Below are positions 11,392 to 20,348 of a stretch of 64,000 nucleotides of DNA, piece by piece. Origin of the DNA: an uncultured Actinomycetes bacterium (GTDB lineage Bacteria > Actinomycetota > Thermoleophilia > Solirubrobacterales > Solirubrobacteraceae); NCBI GenBank assembly GCA_963794105.1, contig CAWCEB010000142.1, positions 75,577 through 139,576 of the forward strand, read 5' to 3'. The notes under the pieces are model-generated. The model did no database searches. It was given only the letters and a program-made list of their open reading frames with translations, and had not been told where the DNA came from. Position 1 is the first letter of the stretch, and each line of letters opens with the position of its first letter. The position numbers were made by a program, and so were the translations under genes.

Positions 11392-14300
11392 CCGACGAGT
11401 TCACTCCCGAGCAGGCGCGCGCGATCGCCCGGCGCGAGGAGCGCCTGATCGTCACGGCCAACGCGGGCTCGGGGAAGACGCGCGTGCTGACGGAGCGGTT
11501 CGTGCGTTCGTGCATCGACGACGGCATCGACCCCGCGGCGATCCTGGCGATCACGTTCACCGAGAAGGCCGCGGGCGAGCTGCGCGAGCGCGTGCGTTCG
11601 CGCTTCGTCGCGCTCGGTCGCCGCGACCTCGCGCAGGCCACCGAGGCGGCCTGGGTCTCGACGATCCACGGCTTCTGCATGCGGGTGCTGAAGGCCAACG
11701 CGGTCACGGCCGGCCTGGACCCGGCGTTCACCGTTCTCGACGAGGGCGACGCCCGTGCGCTGCGCACCGAGGCGTTCGAGCGCGCGCTCGCGGTCTGGCT
11801 CGGCAATGGCGGGGAGACGCGCTCGGAGTCGCTCGACGTGGCGGCGGCGTACGGCGTTGACGCGCTGCGCAAGCTGGTCTGGTCGGTGCACGACCGCCTG
11901 CGCAGCCGCGGCCAGGCCGAGCCGCGGCTGCCCGACGCGCCGCCGGTGGCTGACGTCGCGGCGCTGCGCGCCGACCTCGCTGCGGCGGTCGCGCCGGCAC
12001 TCGCTGAGGTCGGGGAGCCCGCCGGCCCGCGCACCGAGGAGGCGATCGAAGCGCTCGAGCGATGCCGCGACGCGCTCGCCGGATCCGAGCGCGTCGACGC
12101 GTTCAAGGTCGGGCGCACCGCCGGTGCCCTCAAGGGCCCCGCCTGCGACGAGTACCGGCGCGCACACGGCGCGTACGTCCAGGGCCTCACCGACGCCGCC
12201 GCCGCTCCGGTGTGGGGGCTCCTCGGTGAGCTGCTCACGGGGTACGCCGCGGCGTACGCGCAGGCCAAGCGGGCGCGCTCCGCGGTGGACTTCGACGATC
12301 TCGAGCTGTTCGTTCGCGATCTGTTCGTTCGCGACGGCGCGATCCGCGCGCGCTACGCGGAGCGGTTCGCCCGCATCATGGTCGACGAGTTCCAGGACAC
12401 GAACCCGCTGCAGCTGGAGCTGCTCGACCTGCTCGGGACCGGCCGCGCGTTCTACGTCGGGGACGTGCAGCAGTCGATCTACCGCTTCCGCCATGCGTCG
12501 GTCGAGCTGTTCGCGGCGCTCGGCGACACGCTCGCCATGGCCGGCCAGGCCGAGCAGCTCGCCACGAACTTCCGCACGCGCAAGCCGGTGCTCGACGCGG
12601 TCAACCAGGCGTTCGGCCAGATGGAGCGCTTCGTGCCGCTGGTCGCCGGCCGCGACGACACGGCAAGCGCTGAGCCGCTCGTCGAGCTGCTGCTGACCGA
12701 TTGCGAGGGCTGGGACAGCGTCGATCTCGGCGTGCTGCCGTCCGGCAAGCCCGACCGCTGCGCCGAGGCGCGGCTCGTCGCCCAGCGGGTGCGCGATCTG
12801 GTCGACGCCGGCGAGTGCAAGGCCGGTGACGTCTGTGTCCTGCTGCGCGCGAGCACCGACATGGAGACGTTCGAACGCGCGCTCGAGGATCAGGGCTTCG
12901 CCACGCTGGCCTCCGGCGGGCGCGGCTTCTGGGCCCGCCAGCAGGTGCTCGACCTCACGAGCTATCTCGCCGCGCTGGTCAATCCGCGCGACGAGCAGGC
13001 GCTCCTGGCGGTGCTCGCCTCGCCGATCGTCGGCGTCTCGTCCGACAGGCTGGCGCTGCTGGGCCGCGCCGCGCGTGCCGGCGGAGTCACCTTGTGGGAG
13101 GCGGTGCAGGCCGACGAGCAACTGGCCGAGTTCTGTGGCCGGTTCTCGGCCGAGCGCGGCCTGGCGCCGCGGCTGTCGCTCGACGTCCTGCTCGAGCGGG
13201 TCATCGAACGCACGCGCTACGACGAGCATGTGCTGCGGCTGCCCGGCGGCCGGCGCCGTATGGCCAACGTGACGAAGCTGATCCGGCTCGCCGCCGCATT
13301 CGAGGCGCGGTCCGGCCGCGACGCGCGCGGCTTCATCGATCGCGCCCGCGCCGAGCTCGAGGCCGAGGCCCGCGAGCCGGATGCGCCGATCGAGCTCGAC
13401 GGCCTCGACGCGGTGCGGCTCATGACGATCCACGCGGCCAAGGGGCTCGAATTCGGCGTCGTGGTCCTGGCCGATCTCGGGCGCCAGATCCCGGGCGGCG
13501 GCGACGGCATCCGGCTGGGACCCGACGGGTCGATCGGCCTCAAGCTCCGGCGCCTCGGCGCGCCGTCGCAGGATGCGTTCGCCTACGACGAGCTGGGCGA
13601 ACTCGAGAAGGCGGCCGATCGCAAGGAGGACGAGCGCGTCTTCTACGTGGCGTGCACGCGCGCGCGAGAGCGGCTGATCCTCAGCGGCTCGGCGAAGCTC
13701 GACAAGTGGCCGAACGGCTCGACCCCGATCGCTTGGCTCGCGCCGCGCTTCGCCCCGGGAGCCGCGTCTGGTGTCGGCACCGAGCTGGTGTCGGTCACGC
13801 ACTCGCGCGCGGCCGATCTGGGCAGCGTCCTGCGCGAGGCCATTCCCGCGCCGCGCGCGAGGCCCGATGCGTCCGAGCCGCGCGCCGCGGAGGGCGGCGA
13901 GATCGCCGAGCTCCCGGTGCCACCTCCACCGCCTGCCGTGCGCTCGCTGAGCTACTCGGCGTTGTCGGGCTACGCCGCCTGCCAGTACCGCTTCTACCTG
14001 GAGCGCGTGCTGCGGCTGCCGCGCGTCGCCGAACCTGCGCCCGATGCGCCGGCGCAGGGCGAGGCGCTCGACCGCATGGTGCGCGGCTCGATCGCGCACC
14101 TGCTGCTCGAGCAGCTCGACCTCGACCGCCCGGCGGTGCCGGATGCCGAGGCCGTCGAACTCGCTGCGCAGATGAGCGACGCCGAGGTGACGCCCGACGA
14201 CGTCGCCGACCTGCAGGAGCTGGTCCGGGCCGCGATCGAGGGCGACGTCCTCGCGCGCGCGCTCGCCGCTCGCCGGGTCCGCCGCGAGGAGGGCTTCGCG

Positions 14301-14720
14301 TTCATCCTCGACGACGTGCCGTTCACCGGCTACGTGGACCTGCTGGCCGAAGAGGCTGATGGCACCGCGCTCGTCGTCGATTACAAGACCAATCCGGTGG
14401 CGGGGGTGGATCTCGAGGTGCTGACCGAGGCCGACTACGGCGCCCAGCGCCGGATCTATGCGCTCGCGGCGCTGCGCTCGGGTGCGCCGCGCGCCGAGGT
14501 CGTCCACCTGTATCTGGAGCGCCCGGCCGAGCCGGTGATCGCTCGCTACGAGGCCGGCGACGCCGCGGCGCTGGAGGCCCAGCTGCGCGCCGGCGCGGCG
14601 CCGCTGATGCGCGGCGAGTTCCCGGTCGCCGAGGTTCCCCACCTCGGCCTGTGCAGCGGCTGCCCGGGCCGCGCGCAGCTGTGCACGCACCCGCCCGAGC
14701 TCACCGGCCGCGCTCTCTAG
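11388..14720 (+). CDS. addA: AddA/UvrD-family helicase with C-terminal RecB-type nuclease; intact single frame
   Basis: Motifs seen: VTANAGSGKT (Walker A), VDEFQDTN, TIHAAKGLEF, VACTRARE, nuclease GYVDLL..VVDYKT. Cys residues at YAACQYRF and LCSGCPGRAQLC. Confidence 0.9.
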   Translation: MTDEFTPEQARAIARREERLIVTANAGSGKTRVLTERFVRSCIDDGIDPAAILAITFTEKAAGELRERVRSRFVALGRRDLAQATEAAWVSTIHGFCMRVLKANAVTAGLDPAFTVLDEGDARALRTEAFERALAVWLGNGGETRSESLDVAAAYGVDALRKLVWSVHDRLRSRGQAEPRLPDAPPVADVAALRADLAAAVAPALAEVGEPAGPRTEEAIEALERCRDALAGSERVDAFKVGRTAGALKGPACDEYRRAHGAYVQGLTDAAAAPVWGLLGELLTGYAAAYAQAKRARSAVDFDDLELFVRDLFVRDGAIRARYAERFARIMVDEFQDTNPLQLELLDLLGTGRAFYVGDVQQSIYRFRHASVELFAALGDTLAMAGQAEQLATNFRTRKPVLDAVNQAFGQMERFVPLVAGRDDTASAEPLVELLLTDCEGWDSVDLGVLPSGKPDRCAEARLVAQRVRDLVDAGECKAGDVCVLLRASTDMETFERALEDQGFATLASGGRGFWARQQVLDLTSYLAALVNPRDEQALLAVLASPIVGVSSDRLALLGRAARAGGVTLWEAVQADEQLAEFCGRFSAERGLAPRLSLDVLLERVIERTRYDEHVLRLPGGRRRMANVTKLIRLAAAFEARSGRDARGFIDRARAELEAEAREPDAPIELDGLDAVRLMTIHAAKGLEFGVVVLADLGRQIPGGGDGIRLGPDGSIGLKLRRLGAPSQDAFAYDELGELEKAADRKEDERVFYVACTRARERLILSGSAKLDKWPNGSTPIAWLAPRFAPGAASGVGTELVSVTHSRAADLGSVLREAIPAPRARPDASEPRAAEGGEIAELPVPPPPPAVRSLSYSALSGYAACQYRFYLERVLRLPRVAEPAPDAPAQGEALDRMVRGSIAHLLLEQLDLDRPAVPDAEAVELAAQMSDAEVTPDDVADLQELVRAAIEGDVLARALAARRVRREEGFAFILDDVPFTGYVDLLAEEADGTALVVDYKTNPVAGVDLEVLTEADYGAQRRIYALAALRSGAPRAEVVHLYLERPAEPVIARYEAGDAAALEAQLRAGAAPLMRGEFPVAEVPHLGLCSGCPGRAQLCTHPPELTGRAL

Positions 14721-15349
14721 TCGCTGGTCTTGTTGGGCAGCAGCGCGTGGCCGTCGAGCACGGCGCGCGACAGGTCGACCACGGAGCGGCTCGTCGAGCG
14801 CGCCTTCGCGCGCAACAGCTCGAACGCGGCGCGCTCGTCGACCGAGTGGCGCTCCATGAGGATCCCCTTGGCGCGCTCGATCACCGCGCGGCGCTCCAGC
14901 GCCGTCTCGAGCTGGTCGACGGCCTCGGTCAGCTCCGCCTGCTCCGCGTGGCGCCGCAGCGCGACCTCGAGCGCGCTCTGCACCGCGTCAGGAGTGATCG
15001 GGCGGGCGTAGGCATGGATGCCGCGGCCGGCCGCCTGGCGAATGAACTCGGGGTCCTCGTCGTCGAGCAGCGCGACGACCGGTCCCGTCGAGAACGAGAC
15101 GATCTCGTCGATCAACCCGAGCGCGTGCTCGTCGTCGCGATGCACCACGACGACCGAGGCGTCGGGATCCTCGCGCGCGATCGCGCCGGCGACCTCAGAC
15201 GTGCCGACGGCGAACTCGGTGACCTCATGCCCGAGGTCGCGGAGAATCGTTGCGGTGTCGCGCAGCGCAGCCTCGTCCTCGTCGGCGGCCAGGATCCGCA
15301 GACCGCGGACCTGGGTCGGTGTCTGTTCCCCCAAAGTGCCCTCGTGCAA
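14717..15349 (-). CDS. ANTAR-domain RNA-binding regulator with atypical receiver-like N-domain
   Basis: The C-terminus RAVIERAKGILMERHSVDERAAFELLRAKARSTSRSV is an ANTAR signature. The N-terminus LRILAADEDEAAL.. has a receiver-like fold. Confidence 0.85.
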   Translation of the reverse strand: MHEGTLGEQTPTQVRGLRILAADEDEAALRDTATILRDLGHEVTEFAVGTSEVAGAIAREDPDASVVVVHRDDEHALGLIDEIVSFSTGPVVALLDDEDPEFIRQAAGRGIHAYARPITPDAVQSALEVALRRHAEQAELTEAVDQLETALERRAVIERAKGILMERHSVDERAAFELLRAKARSTSRSVVDLSRAVLDGHALLPNKTSD

Positions 15350-15469
15350 GTTCGCCGGTTGCGATGGTCCCCGTTGATACTCTTACAGGCTGCGCGGCCG
15401 AGCATCACGTCGCGCTCCTCTGACGCCCCAGCAGCCTGGCGTTCTCTCAACGGAAGGCCGTCTGCTGTC

Positions 15470-15495
15470 GGAACTACATGCCAACTCGCGGGTAC
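15470..15495 (+). promoter_or_regulatory. Candidate SigB/SigF-type promoter GGAAC-N15-GGGTAC upstream of the sigma factor gene
   Basis: GGAAC at 15470..15474 and GGGTAC at 15490..15495, about 30 nt before the ATG at 15527. It resembles the published actinobacterial SigB-type -10 (GGGTAC/T). Confidence 0.3.
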
Positions 15496-15526
15496 CCCGC
15501 TGCATTGCCGTCCAGTCACGGAAGCG

Positions 15527-16333
15527 ATGCCGGTGACCGCAGAGCCCAATGAGCGGCCTCCTGCGGCACCGACCGAGCGCGCGCGCGAGGACAAGCAGCT
15601 GTTCAAGCACTACCTCGAGACCCGCGACCCCGCGGCGCGCGACGCGCTGGTCGAACGCTTCCTGCCGCTCGCGCGCCAGCTCGCCCGTCGCTACCAGCGC
15701 GCCGAAGAGCCGCTCGACGACCTCATACAGGTTGCGTCGCTCGGCCTGGTCAAGGCGATCGACCGATTCGACTCCGACCGCCAGGTCGCGTTCTCGAGCT
15801 ACGCCGTCCCGACGATCCTCGGCGAGATCAAGCGCCACTTCCGCGATCGCACGTGGTCGGTGCGCGTTCCGCGTGATCTTCAGGAGCTCTCGCTGAAGGT
15901 CGACCGCACCGTCGTCGCGATGGCCAAGGACCTGCAGCGGTCGCCCACCGTGCCCGAGCTTGCGGAGAAGCTGGAGTGCACCGAGGAGCAGATCCTGGAG
16001 GCCATGGAGGCCTCGGGCGCCTACCGCGCGACCTCGCTGAGCGCGCCGCGCGGCGGGGAGGACCAGGGCGACACCCTCGGTGACACGGTCGGAACCGAGG
16101 AGCACGGCTACAACGTCGCCGAGGACCGCGCGACGCTCGACCGGCTCATGCAGACGATCACGCCGCGCGAGCGCGAGGTGCTGCGGCTGCGCTTCGAGGA
16201 GGACCTGACGCAGGCCGAGATCGGGGAGCGCATCGGCGTATCGCAGATGCAGGTCTCGCGGCTCATCCGCCAGTCGGTCTCGCGCCTGCGTGCCGCCGCG
16301 CGCGACCCCGAACCGGCCGACGATCACGCCTGA
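15527..16333 (+). CDS. Group 3 sigma-70 factor, SigB/SigF-like (copy 1)
   Basis: Motifs seen: DDLIQVASLGLVKAIDRFD, YAVPTILGEIKRHFRDRTWSVRVPR, LTQAEIGERIGVSQMQVSRL. Intact. Confidence 0.9.
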   Translation: MPVTAEPNERPPAAPTERAREDKQLFKHYLETRDPAARDALVERFLPLARQLARRYQRAEEPLDDLIQVASLGLVKAIDRFDSDRQVAFSSYAVPTILGEIKRHFRDRTWSVRVPRDLQELSLKVDRTVVAMAKDLQRSPTVPELAEKLECTEEQILEAMEASGAYRATSLSAPRGGEDQGDTLGDTVGTEEHGYNVAEDRATLDRLMQTITPREREVLRLRFEEDLTQAEIGERIGVSQMQVSRLIRQSVSRLRAAARDPEPADDHA

Positions 16334-17472
16334 CCGGCGGCGTCGCGCAGCTCATCGGCGAGCCTGTCGCGCAGCAGCGCGAACCCGACGGCGGCCGAGA
16401 CCGCCGTCAGGAGCCGCTCGACATCCGGATCGATCTCCTCGAGCTCGTCGAACAGCAGCACGACCAGGCCGAGCGGCTCGCCGGCGACCACGATCGGGAC
16501 GCCACACGCATACAGCCCGGCTGGCACGCCGAGCGCGAACGCGGCGGCCGGCTCGAGCCACGCCGGCTGCGCATCCCGCAAGGCGGCGGCAACGGCGGGG
16601 TGGGCCGTCACGGTGATCATCGCCGGACCGAGCGAGCCACGGCGGCTGGAGGCGACCGCCAGCTGTCCGCTGAGATAGGTGGCGAGCGCGGCATCCGTCG
16701 CGTTGAGCTGCCGGACGAGCGTGTCGAGGGCCGAGTCACGCCCCGCTGTGCTGGCCTCGACCTGGAACTCGGCCGCGAGCCGGGCGATCGCCTCCATCCA
16801 GCGCACGTGGCGCCCGTCGCGCTCACGCAGCTCCTCGAGCTCCCGCTGGAGCGTCGCGACGGACTTGGCCAGCGCGCGCTCGCGGTCGGCCTCGACCCCC
16901 ACCATCGCGACGAGTGGCGGTTGGCCGGGTTGCACCGGCAGCCGGAAGGCGACCGACCGGGCCTCGCCGGGGAGCGCGTCCCACCGCGGGTGCTCGCAGA
17001 GGGCCTCCTCGTGCTCGGCGGCGAACAGCGCCTGCAGCTGCGGGCCGCAGGGCGATGAGGCGAGCGATCGCACGACGCGTTCGAGGTCATTGCCGGTGCC
17101 GGTGACGCGCGCAAGCCGCGCGAGCGTCCCGTTCACGTAGACGATCGCGAGCGGCTCGGGCCCCGACAGCGCCGCGACGGGCAGTGGCGCATGCTCGACC
17201 ATCGTGGCGAACGCCTCGGCGGACAGCTCACGCGCGGGCTCGTCGAACGCCGCCGCGGCGACGGCCCGTGCGATCGGGACGCCGTCCTCGGACGCTCGGC
17301 GCACGGCGACCACCCGCGGCACGTCGCGCAGCCGGTAGCGGCGGGGTCCACCACTCACGCGATGCGGGGCCGGGAACCCGTGCCGGCGCTCCCAGGTCCG
17401 CAGGCGCTCGCGCGACACCCCGGTCAGCTGCGCGAACGTCGTCGCGCTTACGGTTTGCCCAACTCTGTCCAC
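16324..17472 (-). CDS. MerR-type HTH regulator with central coiled-coil/PAS-like region and C-terminal GAF-like domain
   Basis: GTG at 17472 is preceded by GGAGG. TFAQLTGVSRERLRTWERRHGFPAPHRVSGGPRRY is a MerR HTH. Its 3' end overlaps the convergent sigma gene by 10 nt. Confidence 0.7.
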   Translation of the reverse strand: MDRVGQTVSATTFAQLTGVSRERLRTWERRHGFPAPHRVSGGPRRYRLRDVPRVVAVRRASEDGVPIARAVAAAAFDEPARELSAEAFATMVEHAPLPVAALSGPEPLAIVYVNGTLARLARVTGTGNDLERVVRSLASSPCGPQLQALFAAEHEEALCEHPRWDALPGEARSVAFRLPVQPGQPPLVAMVGVEADRERALAKSVATLQRELEELRERDGRHVRWMEAIARLAAEFQVEASTAGRDSALDTLVRQLNATDAALATYLSGQLAVASSRRGSLGPAMITVTAHPAVAAALRDAQPAWLEPAAAFALGVPAGLYACGVPIVVAGEPLGLVVLLFDELEEIDPDVERLLTAVSAAVGFALLRDRLADELRDAAGQA

Positions 17473-17579
17473 CCTTCGCCTCCTGCCCGGAGAGTACGGG
17501 TCTTGAACTGTCCGCGTTTGCCCACCTTGCCTATGCAACTCGGCGCGAAAGCATCGGGACAACGCCAGGGGAGGGGTTC

Positions 17580-18342
17580 ATGACGAGCGATGCCGACGAC
17601 CGCCAGCTGCTGCGCCGCTGGCACGAAAACGCTGACGAGGAAGCTCGTGCAGCGCTCGTCGAGCGCACGCTGCCGCTCGCCCGCACGCTGGCGCGCCGCT
17701 ACGCCAACAAAGGCGAAACCCTCGACGACCTCGAGCAGGTCGCCGCACTCGGGCTGGTCAAGGCGATCGACCGCTTCGACCTGGAGCGGGAGGTGCGCTT
17801 CACGACGTTCGCCGTCCCGACGATCGCCGGCGAGATCAAGCGCCACTTCCGCGATCGCGGGTGGATGATCCGGGTTCCGAGAGACGTCCAGGAGCTCAGC
17901 GCGCGGATCTCGATCACGCGCGACCGGCTCACGCGCGAGCTCGGGCGCTCACCCACCGTCGCAAGAGCTCGCCACCGCGGCCAAGGCGGGCGTCGAGCAG
18001 ATCCTGGAGGCGCTCGGCGCCGCCGACGCGTACCGGGCGCTGTCGCTCGACGAGCCGCTGGGCGAAGGGCTGGACGCGCTGGACGCGATCGGCGGCGACG
18101 ACGTCGGCTTCGAGCGCGTGGAGCAGCGCTACATGCTGCGCTCCGGGCTGACGCACCTGCCCCCGCGCGAGCGCGAGATCCTGCACCTGCGGTTCTACGA
18201 GGGCCTCACGCAACGCGAGATCGCCGATCGCGTCGGCGTCTCGCAGATGCACGTGTCGCGGCTGATCCGCCGGTCGATCGAGGCGTTGCGCGAGCGGCTG
18301 GTCCGCGTCCGTGGGCGTGCAGGCCGCCTGACCGGCGGGTAG
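17580..18342 (+). pseudogene. Group 3 sigma-70 factor, SigB/SigF-like (copy 2); frame broken about 17955-18115
   Basis: Motifs seen: DDLEQVAALGLVKAIDRFD, FAVPTIAGEIKRHFRDRGWMIRVPR. Region 4 (LTQREIADRVGVSQMHVSRL) is in ORF 18118..18342. Confidence 0.85.
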
Positions 18343-18352
18343 CGTCGGGGTC

Positions 18353-18828
18353 GTGGCAGAGCGCGACCCGTCAGACGACGAGGAGGAGTCCGAGCGCAAC
18401 TCGCGTCGCCTGCTCGAGCTCCTGCAGGAGATCCGCGTCGCCACGGCCGGCGTCCAGATCCTGTTCGGGTTCCTCCTGGCGGTCCCGTTCGCCCAGCGGT
18501 TCGCAGACGATCTCGAGCTTCCAGCGCCACATCTTCCTGGTCGTGCTCATCTGCACCGCGCTGAGCTCGGCGCTGTTGATCGCGCCGACCGCCCTGCACC
18601 GGCTGCTGTTCCGCCGCGGGCACAAGCCGGAGATCATCGAGTACGCCAACCGCATGGCCATCTACGGCCTGATCATGCTCGCCGTGGCGATCGTCGGCGT
18701 GGTGCTGTTGCTCACGCACCTCATCTTCGGCCCGGGCGCGGCGGTCGCGGTCACGCTGCCGATCGCCGGCCGTGATCGTCGTCACGTGGTTCGTGATCCC
18801 GCTCGTCCGGCGCGGGGACCCGTTGTGA
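18353..18828 (+). pseudogene. DUF6328-like membrane protein; frame-shifted
   Basis: N-terminus RNSRRLLELLQEIRVATAGVQILFGFLLAVPFAQRF, followed by transmembrane segments in the frame of ORF 17184... The stop overlaps the HAD start (GTGA at 18825). Confidence 0.55.
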
Positions 18829-19472
18829 TCGCGATCCTCGACATCGACGGCACGCTGGTGGACACGAACTACCAGCACACGATCGCGTGGCACCGCGCGT
18901 TGCGGCGCAACGGTGCGCGCGTGGCGGCGTGGCGCATCCACCGCCACATCGGGATGGGCGGCGACAAGCTCGTGGCGGCGCTCTGCGGTGACGAGTTCGA
19001 GAACGAGCACGGCGACGCCGTCCGCGAAGCCGAGGGCGAGCTCTACATGGAGCTGATCGACGAGGTCGAGCCGTTCGAGGGCGCCCGCGGGCTGCTCGAG
19101 GACCTCAAGGCCGCAGGCCACGGCGTGATCCTCGCGTCCTCGGCCAAGCCGGAAGAGGTCGAGCACTACCTCGATCTGCTCGATGCGCGCGAGCTGGCCG
19201 ACGCATGGACCGACAGCGGCGACGTGGAGGAGACCAAGCCGGCGCCGGACCTGGTGCGCTCGGCCCTCGACAAGGCGGATGCCGACGGCGGGGCGGTCAT
19301 GGTCGGCGATACGCCCTGGGACGTGAAGGCCGCTGCCGAGGCCGGCGTGCCGACGGTCGCCGTGCTGACAGGCGGGTTTTCCGAGGCTGAGCTGCGCGAT
19401 GCGGGCGCCGTCGCCGTGTTCGAGAACATGGAGGGGCTGCGCGCCGGGTTGGCCTCGACGCCGCTCGGGTAG
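18825..19472 (+). CDS. HAD-superfamily hydrolase
   Basis: Motifs seen: ILDIDGTLVD (motif I), ILASSAK, MVGDTPWDV. Confidence 0.85.
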   Translation: MIAILDIDGTLVDTNYQHTIAWHRALRRNGARVAAWRIHRHIGMGGDKLVAALCGDEFENEHGDAVREAEGELYMELIDEVEPFEGARGLLEDLKAAGHGVILASSAKPEEVEHYLDLLDARELADAWTDSGDVEETKPAPDLVRSALDKADADGGAVMVGDTPWDVKAAAEAGVPTVAVLTGGFSEAELRDAGAVAVFENMEGLRAGLASTPLG

Positions 19473-19481
19473 CCAGGAAAC

Positions 19482-19670
19482 ATGAGCATCCTGGACAAGA
19501 TCACCGGCCGCGCCAAGAAGGCCGCGGGCGACATCGCCGATGACCCCAGCCTCCGCCGTGAGGGGCGCCGCGAGGAGCGCAAGGGCGAGGCGAAGGACGA
19601 GCTGAACGACGCGCAGGAGCGTGCCGCGGACAAGGCCGCGGAGGTCTCCGACCTCGAGCGCAAGACCTGA
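19482..19670 (+). CDS. CsbD-family general stress protein
   Basis: MSILDKITGRAKKAAGDIADDPSLRREGRREERKGEAKDEL is a typical CsbD repeat. Confidence 0.85.
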   Translation: MSILDKITGRAKKAAGDIADDPSLRREGRREERKGEAKDELNDAQERAADKAAEVSDLERKT

Positions 19671-19825
19671 TGGTCGTTCCTCAGCCGGGTGAGCAGCCCA
19701 CCCCGGCCGTGCCGGAACCCGGCGTCATCCCGGCGGATCCGACTCCGGATCCGCCGGATGTGCCGCTCGTCCCGGACGAGGATCCGGACACCGCGCCGGA
19801 CCCAGAACCTCAGCCGAGCGAGTGA
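19670..19825 (+). CDS. 51-aa Pro/Asp-rich small ORF coupled to the csbD-like gene (TGATG overlap)
   Basis: MVVPQPGEQPTPAVPEPGVIPADPTPDPPDVPLVPDEDPDTAPDPEPQPSE fills the whole gap up to the convergent ferritin-like gene. It is too short for the ORF track. Confidence 0.3.
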   Translation: MVVPQPGEQPTPAVPEPGVIPADPTPDPPDVPLVPDEDPDTAPDPEPQPSE

Positions 19826-20338
19826 CTACGCGAGGCCCTCGGCCTCGTACTCGCGCAGGTAGCCCTCGAAGAGGCGGCGGTGGCCCTCCTCGTCACGGAG
19901 GATCGCGATGACCATGTCGTTCGTGACGGGATCGACGCCGTCCGTCTTCTCGATGATCAGGTTGTAGTGCTCGATCGCGCCGGTCTCGGCCTCGATCACG
20001 CCCTTGATGACGTGCACGACGTCGGTCTGCTGGTCGGGCGGCTGGAGGTAGCTCTGCTCGGCCGTGAAGTCCATTGAGCCGGGGACGACCCCGTAGAGCT
20101 CCTTGATCCGCGCGGCGAACTGCTGCGCGTGACCGAGCTCCTCCTGGATGTCCTCGTTGAGCGACTCGATGATCTCCTGGGCCCGGACGCCGTCCGGGTT
20201 GACCGAGTTGGCGATGTAGCTCATCACCGTCTCGATCTCCATCCAGTAGGCCTTCGAGAGCAGCGCGATGATCTCCTCGCGGGCCGCTGAGTTGTCGTCG
20301 GCCAGGATCCCCTGGCTTGCGTTGCGGGTCTGTGCCAT
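19826..20338 (-). CDS. Ferritin-like (Dps/bacterioferritin-fold) protein
   Basis: ATG at 20338. Motifs seen: LSKAYWMEIETVMSY, EELGHAQQFAARI, AILRDEEGHRRLF (ExxH-type di-iron ligand pattern). Confidence 0.75.
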   Translation of the reverse strand: MAQTRNASQGILADDNSAAREEIIALLSKAYWMEIETVMSYIANSVNPDGVRAQEIIESLNEDIQEELGHAQQFAARIKELYGVVPGSMDFTAEQSYLQPPDQQTDVVHVIKGVIEAETGAIEHYNLIIEKTDGVDPVTNDMVIAILRDEEGHRRLFEGYLREYEAEGLA

Positions 20339-20348
20339 ACGACAGACG

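Noticed and set aside
8802-14720. 1972-aa ORF that looks like one giant protein
   Set aside because: Its 5' two thirds are partly the AddB-like gene and partly out-of-frame read-through. The AddB-like gene actually ends in another frame at 11391 (..CGWKGDGCSYPSICRCARS-stop). addA starts at GTG 11388. The absence of stops is a GC-content effect.
17184-19472. 762-aa ORF, and likewise the 711-aa ORF at 37712..39847
   Set aside because: These are concatenations of separate genes that share a frame without intervening stops. The first joins sigma copy 2, DUF6328-like and HAD. The second joins Flp, the ECF-ZAS gene and a hypothetical. Internal start codons, RBSs and domain boundaries show separate genes.
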